Shown here piece after piece: positions 16,444 to 21,768 of a DNA stretch of 29,183 nucleotides. This DNA comes from a virus. Position numbers and translations under genes: made by a program. Location of the stretch: positions 1 to 29,183 of IMG/VR virus record IMGVR_UViG_3300033182_000875, one strand, 5' to 3'. Under the pieces are notes generated by a model. The model ran no database searches, had not been told where the DNA came from, and was given only the letters and a program-made list of their open reading frames with translations. Numbering within the stretch: position 1 is the stretch's first letter; each line of letters opens with the position of its first letter.

Positions 16444-17292
16444 TTATTTGAGGTATTCCATCTCCCAAACCTCTGCGTAGTCTTCAGGGAATTGACGGTA
16501 TTCGTTCAACATCATTTGGAAAGTTCTGATGGACTTGGTCTTGAGGTTTGACCAGTTCTCGTAAGTGAAGTCAAAGACTTCTTCCACAACACTCATCGGG
16601 ATGTCTTGGAGACCCAAGTCTTCGTTGAGGACAACGTCCACACACCAACCCCATTGGACCATTGGTGAAAGGTCAAAGTCTTTGGTCTGACAACGAGAGC
16701 GGATGGCGTTGAGGTGCATCTTGCGTTGGTAATTCTTTGTCCCTTTGTTCTTGATGGAGTTGACCTCATCATCGGTTGGGAGTTTCTCGTTGGATGTGAA
16801 GATGAAAACCATGTTGTGTGTTGGGACTTTGAATCCCATGAAGTCTGTGGACATGTGTTTCTCCACCGCTGTTCTCATGTCAGGAGGAAGGTGTCCCAAA
16901 TTCTTGGACACGTCTTTTTGGTAGTGGTAAGTCTTGTACCCTTCCAAGATGTTTTTCATCGTGTTGATGGATTGGTTGTCACCGAAGATTCCGTCACAGT
17001 CATCCACGACCACAACGACCTCTTGGTCTTTGGGTGTGTTGTAGTTGATGAATGCGAGTTGTGTCCCGAAAGCCCACGGTGAGATGGAACCTGAGATGAC
17101 AAAGTGTGGTTTGTCAGAAGACTCCAATGAACTCTTGATGGTGTGAGTCTTTCCCAAACCAGGTACTGAATAAATGTAATAGTGAGGATATTGGTCATCA
17201 CTTGACACCTTTGAGATTCTCTTTCCCAAGAACGACAATTGACGTCTTTTCTTCTGACCTTCCTCGTAATGTTTTTGTTGTTGTTCTGTCAT
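16444..17292 (-). CDS. AAA+ ATPase of the clamp-loader clade (SRC motif).
   Basis: 282 aa. Motifs present are Walker A VPGLGKTHT, Walker B VVVVVDDCD, sensor-1 FIFTSN and AIRSRC, which matches the RFC/DnaX box VII SRC motif. Confidence 0.7.
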   Translation of the reverse strand: MTEQQQKHYEEGQKKRRQLSFLGKRISKVSSDDQYPHYYIYSVPGLGKTHTIKSSLESSDKPHFVISGSISPWAFGTQLAFINYNTPKDQEVVVVVDDCDGIFGDNQSINTMKNILEGYKTYHYQKDVSKNLGHLPPDMRTAVEKHMSTDFMGFKVPTHNMVFIFTSNEKLPTDDEVNSIKNKGTKNYQRKMHLNAIRSRCQTKDFDLSPMVQWGWCVDVVLNEDLGLQDIPMSVVEEVFDFTYENWSNLKTKSIRTFQMMLNEYRQFPEDYAEVWEMEYLK

Positions 17293-17329
17293 GGTGTATG
17301 TTGTTAAATGTTTGACTTGTATTGTTTTA

Positions 17330-17361
17330 CAAATATACGGTATTATTTGGTATCATCCAAA
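17330..17361 (-). promoter_or_regulatory. Early promoter P1 (Bacteroidota sigma-A type).
   Basis: The minus strand reads TTTGG-N-TATATTTGTA, with 20 nt between TTTG and the -7 box. The box lies 38 nt upstream of the ATG at 17292. Confidence 0.75.
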
Positions 17362-17390
17362 TAAATCATCCAAATAAATCATCAAATCAA
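17352..17390. repeat. Tandem 13-nt repeat, about 3 copies (atcatccaaataa x2 plus the degenerate atcatcaaatcaa).
   Basis: Seen directly in the sequence. It spans the last codons and stop of the sigma gene and duplicates the TTTGGATGAT segment that supplies the -33 element of P1. Confidence 0.8.
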
Positions 17391-18156
17391 TGGATTCATT
17401 TCTTAGTCTCCTTAAGGACTTCTCCTTGATTTGTCGGACCCTTTCTTTGGTCAATCCCAATTCATCTCCGATTGCCTGAAGGGTCATTGGAGACCCAAGG
17501 TAACCGTAGTATGACTTAACCACGAACTGTTCCCTTTCATCCAGTACTGAGAAAATCTCATTAACCTTATCCTTGAGGATTTGTTCTTGGTCTTCAAACT
17601 CATCAGGAGCCTCACAGTCATGGTTGATTAAGAGGTCCTTCATGGTCCCTGTTTCCTCATCATCACCAAAATGTTTGTCAAGAGATTCTGTCCTTGGGAT
17701 ACTGTGGTATTTGTCCTCGTGGTACCAGTCGTCCATCAACGGTTGTTTCTTTTGTTTGTTGATTTCTTGTACGATATTGACCGGTAATCTGATGGTCCTT
17801 GAGTAACTGTTTAGGTAGTCCATAATGGATTGACGAATCCACCATACCGCATACGTGAGGAATCGGGTCTCAGCCGACCAGTCAAATTTATCAAGGGCTT
17901 TCAAAAGACCGTAGTTCCCTTCCGCAATGAGGTCCTCAATGGGAACCGAATTGGTTTGGAATTTCTGTGCGGTCGTAATGACGAACCTGAGGTTACCCTC
18001 AATCATTTCGTTGTTTATCTCGTCTCTCTGAGACTTTGTCAGGTCTCCTGATAGAACCATTGTCTTAAGTTCCTTTTCTCTCTCAGGAGTGACGATAGGA
18101 AGTTTACGGATGTCTCTGAGGTATTCCTCAATCCGTTCAGTTTGTAAGTAACTCAT
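17353..18156 (-). CDS. Sigma-70 family RNA polymerase sigma factor with regions 2, 3 and 4 (RpoD-like architecture).
   Basis: 267 aa. IEGNLRFVITTAQKF fits region 2.1/2.2. EDLIAEGNYGLLKALDKFDWSAETRFLTYAVWWIRQSI fits region 2.3/2.4. RTIRLPVNIVQEINK fits region 3. MTLQAIGDELGLTKERVRQIKEKSLRRLR fits region 4.2. Confidence 0.9.
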   Translation of the reverse strand: MSYLQTERIEEYLRDIRKLPIVTPEREKELKTMVLSGDLTKSQRDEINNEMIEGNLRFVITTAQKFQTNSVPIEDLIAEGNYGLLKALDKFDWSAETRFLTYAVWWIRQSIMDYLNSYSRTIRLPVNIVQEINKQKKQPLMDDWYHEDKYHSIPRTESLDKHFGDDEETGTMKDLLINHDCEAPDEFEDQEQILKDKVNEIFSVLDEREQFVVKSYYGYLGSPMTLQAIGDELGLTKERVRQIKEKSLRRLRNESIDLMIYLDDLFG

Positions 18157-18276
18157 TTACCAGTTGTTTTTGTGTTTTGTTTTTCTTGTGTATTTCTTCT
18201 TGTTCTTGTAGATGTTGGGACGAGTTGCCATCCGAATCTCTTGAAGTGTTACTTGAATTGTCTGAATCTGTTTCAT
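18157..18276 (-). CDS. Micro-ORF of 39 aa with a very basic C-terminus. It is absent from the ORF track.
   Basis: My own translation is MKQIQTIQVTLQEIRMATRPNIYKNKKKYTRKTKHKNNW. Its TAA stop abuts the sigma-factor ATG directly (TGG TAA ATG). Confidence 0.35.
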   Translation of the reverse strand: MKQIQTIQVTLQEIRMATRPNIYKNKKKYTRKTKHKNNW

Positions 18277-18296
18277 TGTAGTTGAGGTTTGTGTGG

Positions 18297-18318
18297 GGTC
18301 TCCTTACTTGAGGAGACC
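18297..18318 (-). other. RNA hairpin spanning the stop codon of the 18304..18579 gene.
   Basis: GGTCTCC pairs with GGAGACC: a perfect 7-bp stem with an 8-nt loop that contains the stop codon. No U-tract follows on the minus strand, so it is not a classic terminator. Confidence 0.5.
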
Positions 18319-18579
18319 TTCACGGGTTTGTACTTGAACGAAATCCAACTTACCTGTTGGAAGGACTTTGACCATCGCTCTGTAACGGTAGTCAAACTTG
18401 ACACGGAAGATACCTTGTCCCGCGTAGTCGTTAATCCACATCTCCTTCACATCGTAAGTCTCCTTGAGGTCGTGGAGGGTAACACCCTTTTTAAGAGTTG
18501 AGAACAAGACCTTGAATTTCTTCTGAGTTGACTTGTTCATTCCGTTAACGACTTTCTGTTGTTTCTTTGTAATTGTCAT
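18304..18579 (-). CDS. Small basic early protein with a possible RelE/ParE-like fold.
   Basis: 92 aa starting at MTITKK. The longer track ORF would swallow promoter P2. The C-terminal stretch GIFRVKFDYRYRAMVKVLPTGKLDFVQVQTRE aligns by eye with the RelE core YKIKLRSSGYRLVYQVIDEKVVVFVISVGKRE. Confidence 0.3.
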   Translation of the reverse strand: MTITKKQQKVVNGMNKSTQKKFKVLFSTLKKGVTLHDLKETYDVKEMWINDYAGQGIFRVKFDYRYRAMVKVLPTGKLDFVQVQTREGLLK

Positions 18580-18616
18580 AGTTGTTGTTTTTAGTAGTTG
18601 TTGATTGATTACATGA

Positions 18617-18647
18617 CAAATATACGACAATATTTGTAACCACCAAA
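18617..18647 (-). promoter_or_regulatory. Early promoter P2.
   Basis: The minus strand reads TTTGG-N19-TATATTTGTC. The box lies 38 nt upstream of the ATG at 18579. Confidence 0.75.
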
Positions 18648-18675
18648 ACTTTTGACCACTTTTTTCAAAAAAAAA

Positions 18676-18699
18676 AGAGGGGACCACTGAAACCCCTCT
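18676..18699 (-). terminator. Rho-independent terminator.
   Basis: AGAGGGG pairs with CCCCTCT (7 bp) around a 10-nt loop. A U10 tract follows on the minus strand (the plus-strand A-run 18667-18676). Confidence 0.85.
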
Positions 18700-18744
18700 T
18701 GTGTCGAATCAATCAGATACTATGACACAGTGGTTTTATTATTG

Positions 18745-19134
18745 TTACGACTGAAGTCGGTTGATGATGAGTTTGATTTCAGAAGGTGACAAGATGGTGT
18801 ATTCGTTTCCTTCATTTCGGTTGATGATGACCATGTCCTTGTATCCAAAGTCAGTGATGTAGAACTCACCGTAGTCAACAAGATTGTTGTCAGGGTCAGT
18901 CAATCCCTTGAGTGCTGCTTTCAAGATTTCAATGGTCTTGGGAACTGAACCGAGAATCACGGCTTCAATGTCTTGGACATAATCGTATTTTTCGTTTTGG
19001 AAGGTCAACATCACTCCGTATTCAGAGACTGAAACCATTTTGTTGTAATCGTCAGAGACATAGATGTCTTTTGATTGTCCGTAAGAGATGAATGTTGCCA
19101 AGGTCATTGCGATTGCGAAAAGTGTTTTTTTCAT
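18745..19134 (-). CDS. Secreted or periplasmic early protein with a Sec signal peptide.
   Basis: 129 aa. The N-terminus MKKTLFAIAMTLATFISYGQS shows n-, h- and c-regions and has no lipobox Cys. The gene has its own promoter and terminator. Confidence 0.65.
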   Translation of the reverse strand: MKKTLFAIAMTLATFISYGQSKDIYVSDDYNKMVSVSEYGVMLTFQNEKYDYVQDIEAVILGSVPKTIEILKAALKGLTDPDNNLVDYGEFYITDFGYKDMVIINRNEGNEYTILSPSEIKLIINRLQS

Positions 19135-19172
19135 GTTGTTGTTTTTATTAAGTTGTTATTGTTATTGTTCTA

Positions 19173-19204
19173 CAAATGTAGGGAAAAAAAGGGAGACCAC
19201 CAAA
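19173..19204 (-). promoter_or_regulatory. Early promoter P3.
   Basis: The minus strand reads TTTGG-N-TACATTTGTA with a 20-nt spacer. The box lies 39 nt upstream of the ATG at 19134. The -33 element sits in the loop of the preceding terminator. Confidence 0.7.
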
Positions 19205-19210
19205 CTCCCT
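19190..19210 (-). terminator. Rho-independent terminator.
   Basis: AGGGAG pairs with CTCCCT (6 bp) around a 9-nt loop. A U7 tract follows on the minus strand. Confidence 0.75.
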
Positions 19211-19252
19211 AACAAAAAAAAGTAGAGATTACATTGGGGTGGTTTTAATGTG

Positions 19253-19459
19253 TTACATTGAGAATGCGATGAAACCCAAGAGACAGATTGCCTGAACGAT
19301 GAACAGACCCAAAGTGATTTTCATCACGAGATTGACATTTTTGACCATCTCAAACATCACAGGTGTGAAGTTGGGGTATTTTCTTGCCAGTTCTTTTTCC
19401 ATTTCTGAGTAAGGAGATTTTGTTGGGATTCCGTCCACGAATTTCGTTGTTTCTTTCAT
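19253..19459 (-). CDS. Small C-terminally anchored membrane protein.
   Basis: 68 aa. A soluble N-terminal half is followed by the hydrophobic stretch ITLGLFIVQAICLLGFIAFSM at the extreme C-terminus. Confidence 0.6.
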   Translation of the reverse strand: MKETTKFVDGIPTKSPYSEMEKELARKYPNFTPVMFEMVKNVNLVMKITLGLFIVQAICLLGFIAFSM

Positions 19460-19520
19460 AGTCGTTATTATTAAAGGGTTTTAGTATTTCTGTTTTTTTG
19501 TTTTGTTGTTAATTGTTATA

Positions 19521-19552
19521 CAAATATAGGGATTTATTTTTGTTCTGCCAAA
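19521..19552 (-). promoter_or_regulatory. Early promoter P4.
   Basis: The minus strand reads TTTGG-N-TATATTTGTA with a 20-nt spacer. The box lies 62 nt upstream of the ATG at 19459. Confidence 0.7.
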
Positions 19553-19830
19553 ACTTCATAAGAAAAATCGGTGATATACTCACAAAGTTCCATTTCCAAC
19601 CAGTTCCAAAGGTAATCAGTCATTTCCCCTTCATCGTTGAGTTGTTCTTCGTCAAACTCAAAACCATCAAAGGTGTATTCTGTCTCGTTTTGGAGGTCTT
19701 CAATAATTTCTTCAATTTCTTCTTGGGTGAATTGATTATCCAAGTTGTAATGACGGAAGTATTTTTCGTCAGTTAGATATTGGTATTGGATGTCGGTAAA
19801 TCGGATAGTGTAAGTCATTGTCGTTTTCAT
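19534..19830 (-). CDS. Highly acidic small early protein; candidate DNA mimic or anti-restriction protein.
   Basis: 94-98 aa. Counted from the second ATG (19818, 94 aa) there are 27 Asp+Glu against 4 Lys+Arg. The ATG at 19830 is only 9 nt from the -7 box of P5, so the mRNA is leaderless or the second ATG is used. Confidence 0.6.
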   Translation of the reverse strand: MKTTMTYTIRFTDIQYQYLTDEKYFRHYNLDNQFTQEEIEEIIEDLQNETEYTFDGFEFDEEQLNDEGEMTDYLWNWLEMELCEYITDFSYEVLAEQK

Positions 19831-19838
19831 TAGTGATA

Positions 19839-19870
19839 CAAATATAGGGAATTATTCTTGTTCCTCCAAA
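19839..19870 (-). promoter_or_regulatory. Early promoter P5.
   Basis: The minus strand reads TTTGG-N-TATATTTGTA with a 20-nt spacer. Confidence 0.75.
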
Positions 19871-20151
19871 TGTTCTTTTGAGTTTTCCAACAACATGTGA
19901 AGGAAATCTGTGAAGTTGGTGACGGTCATGTCCTTCTGATTGAAGTAGGCGTTCATCACCGCAGTCGCCGCTTTGATTCCTTTTTGTGTTGAGATGTCAC
20001 CGTTGAAGACAGGGACTTCGTCTCCTGAGACTCCGAGAATCAACATCGGGTCTCCACAACATCCACATGGATAAAGTTCAATGTCAACGACTCCATTGGA
20101 TACTTGGAACTGCTGGTTTCTGAGTTGTTTGAGTTTCTTTTGTACTGTCAT
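19852..20151 (-). CDS. Hypothetical early protein.
   Basis: 99-aa ORF containing a CGCC cluster. No family recognised. Confidence 0.55.
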   Translation of the reverse strand: MTVQKKLKQLRNQQFQVSNGVVDIELYPCGCCGDPMLILGVSGDEVPVFNGDISTQKGIKAATAVMNAYFNQKDMTVTNFTDFLHMLLENSKEHLEEQE

Positions 20152-20166
20152 GGTATTTGGTTTTGA

Positions 20167-20343
20167 TTACATTACTTTTTTGTTACCTGTCAAGATGGTG
20201 TTCTTTGGACGGTCATCAACGTACTTCTCGTTGATGTATCCCAAGTAACCTTCAGGAGTTTGGTATTCCAACATGATTGATTCTGTGAATTCCATTTTTT
20301 CAATCATTTGGTCAATTAGGATTTCAATTTCTTGTGGTGTCAT
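20167..20343 (-). CDS. Hypothetical early protein of 58 aa. It is absent from the ORF track.
   Basis: My own translation is MTPQEIEILIDQMIEKMEFTESIMLEYQTPEGYLGYINEKYVDDRPKNTILTGNKKVM. The ATG lies 28 nt downstream of the P6 -7 box, and the ORF fills an otherwise empty gap. Confidence 0.55.
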   Translation of the reverse strand: MTPQEIEILIDQMIEKMEFTESIMLEYQTPEGYLGYINEKYVDDRPKNTILTGNKKVM

Positions 20344-20370
20344 AGTCGTTGTTGTTATTTGATTACATTA

Positions 20371-20402
20371 CAAATATACGGAACATATTTGACATCACCA
20401 AA
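20371..20402 (-). promoter_or_regulatory. Early promoter P6.
   Basis: The minus strand reads TTTGG-N-TATATTTGTA with a 20-nt spacer. Confidence 0.75.
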
Positions 20403-20595
20403 CCTCAACGGAAACTTTTTCAAGTTTTTCGTCAGACCATCCTTGGAGGGATTGGAGTTTTTTCACCACTGAGACCGTGGGAACATTGAAGGTGTCTGAC
20501 TTACCTGAGGTCAAGTCCGTCAACCTGATGGTTGAACGGGACTTGTAACCCTTCGGCAATGAACGAACCATTTGGATGAGTTGTTCTCTTCTCAT
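20395..20595 (-). CDS. Hypothetical early protein.
   Basis: 67 aa from MRREQL. This ATG lies 1 nt after the stop of the upstream gene. The longer track ORF would overlap that gene by 80 nt. Confidence 0.5.
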   Translation of the reverse strand: MRREQLIQMVRSLPKGYKSRSTIRLTDLTSGKSDTFNVPTVSVVKKLQSLQGWSDEKLEKVSVEVW

Positions 20596-20596
20596 T

Positions 20597-20800
20597 TTAC
20601 TTGGAATCAATGTGTTTCTGAACGGCGTCAAGACGGTCTCCAATTTCCTTTGAGTAACCGTTCTCCACATAGTCAACCATCACGTTGGTGATTCCAACGA
20701 GTTCTTTCAGCGTGAGACATTTCTCACACGATTCTGCCCAATCCAAAACCACCTTGAGTTGAGATTGAGTCGCAATTTGTCTTTCCTTTGATTGAGGCAT
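20597..20800 (-). CDS. Hypothetical early protein.
   Basis: 67-aa ORF. Its ATG lies 48 nt downstream of the P8 -7 box. Confidence 0.55.
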   Translation of the reverse strand: MPQSKERQIATQSQLKVVLDWAESCEKCLTLKELVGITNVMVDYVENGYSKEIGDRLDAVQKHIDSK

Positions 20801-20847
20801 TTTACTGTTGTTTTAATATATTCGTTTATTACTTGAGTTTCTTAATA

Positions 20848-20879
20848 CAAAGATAAGAAAACGAAATCAAAGGGTCAAA
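20848..20879 (-). promoter_or_regulatory. Early promoter P8.
   Basis: The minus strand reads TTTG-N20-TATCTTTGTA. Confidence 0.65.
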
Positions 20880-20887
20880 TTTCAAGG

Positions 20888-20978
20888 GGAAAAAAAGAGA
20901 GGGGAGGAGAAAGAAATAATAATCAATAAAAACAGCAAGTTGTGAAACTCCTCCCTCTCTCAAGAGCATTATTGTTTG
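20888..20978 (-). ncRNA. Candidate transcript of about 90 nt (or terminator/attenuator): a -7 box, then a long hairpin, then a U-tract.
   Basis: The hairpin has arms at 20896-20909 (AGAGAGGGGAGGAG) and 20948-20960 (CTCCTCCCTCTCT): 13 bp with one G bulge and a 38-nt A-rich loop. U7 follows on the minus strand. A perfect TATATTTG box (20985-20992) sits just upstream. Confidence 0.3.
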
Positions 20979-20984
20979 TACTTA

Positions 20985-20992
20985 CAAATATA
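20985..20992 (-). promoter_or_regulatory. Isolated -7 box TATATTTGTA (P7) with no -33 TTTG at the canonical spacing.
   Basis: The box lies between the stop of the 21002..21475 gene and the long hairpin. The nearest upstream TTG elements lie 10 and 26 nt from the box, against 19-20 nt in P1-P6 and P8. Confidence 0.4.
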
Positions 20993-21001
20993 AAAAATTC
21001 A

Positions 21002-21475
21002 TCAATACATGGGAACATCAATTGGGAAATACTTCAAATTGAGTTCTCCCAAATCATTCTCTGAGATTGTACCGTCCATTATTGATTTGAACTTTGGTCC
21101 AAGTTCGTTGAGTGAAGTCAGGGATAATTGAGAATTTCTCACCAAGAACTCAAAACACATTTTGTGGTATACATCGTCACCGGCCTGCGTCACATATGTG
21201 GTCGGCGTTGGACTGTTGGATGACGGCTCCGCGGTTGGGACGGTTTGGGTGCTCTTTGGTTTGGTCAATCTCACTTTGGTGAATTCTTTCCAAACTCCAC
21301 CGATATTGATTTTCTTGATGTCTTGGAATTCCACATCGTAAGAATCGTTGGTGTTGATTTCCACTGGTGTCCATGTGACGTACTCAGTTCCTCCAATGTT
21401 GACCACATACTGGTCAGGGAAATCATCGTTTCCCTTTGATGTTAGTTGTACTGATTGTAATTTGATGTTTTTCAT
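21002..21475 (-). CDS. Hypothetical early protein with two domains joined by a Pro/Thr/Ser linker.
   Basis: 157-aa ORF with a TAATG overlap to the upstream gene. The linker reads KPKSTQTVPTAEPSSNSPTPTT. Confidence 0.6.
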   Translation of the reverse strand: MKNIKLQSVQLTSKGNDDFPDQYVVNIGGTEYVTWTPVEINTNDSYDVEFQDIKKINIGGVWKEFTKVRLTKPKSTQTVPTAEPSSNSPTPTTYVTQAGDDVYHKMCFEFLVRNSQLSLTSLNELGPKFKSIMDGTISENDLGELNLKYFPIDVPMY

Positions 21476-21768
21476 TATTGTTCAGATTTATTTATTTGAC
21501 ATTTGATTTCATAATGTACCCTGTAAAATTCTTGACAGGTCAAATCCTTGATTCCTTTTCCCATTGTTTCGTTGATGTATTCATCCAAATCCAAATATTG
21601 TTTTGGTGTTACTTCAATCACTTCAGGAGATAAAATCCCCTTGAGTAAAAATGAACCGTGTATGTTTTTCATTACCGTCAAACCCAATCCATTTGATTTC
21701 TCATCCGTGATTTGATGTGTTCCAATGTTGTCCAGTAATGTGATGTCCATATAATTTGTTTTTTCCAT
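21475..21768 (-). CDS. Hypothetical early protein, the first gene of the leftward block.
   Basis: 97 aa from MEKTNYMD. The 65-aa N-terminal extension in the track ORF is low-complexity and runs into the control region. Confidence 0.5.
   Translation of the reverse strand: MEKTNYMDITLLDNIGTHQITDEKSNGLGLTVMKNIHGSFLLKGILSPEVIEVTPKQYLDLDEYINETMGKGIKDLTCQEFYRVHYEIKCQINKSEQ

Noticed and set aside
20829-20969. A 46-aa minus-strand ORF (MLLREGGVSQLAVFIDYYFFLLPSLFFPLKFDPLISFSYLCIKKLK) in the intergenic region.
   Set aside because: It runs straight through the long hairpin, its U-tract and promoter P8. Its hydrophobicity derives from the polypyrimidine arm and T-runs. An RNA-level explanation is more economical.
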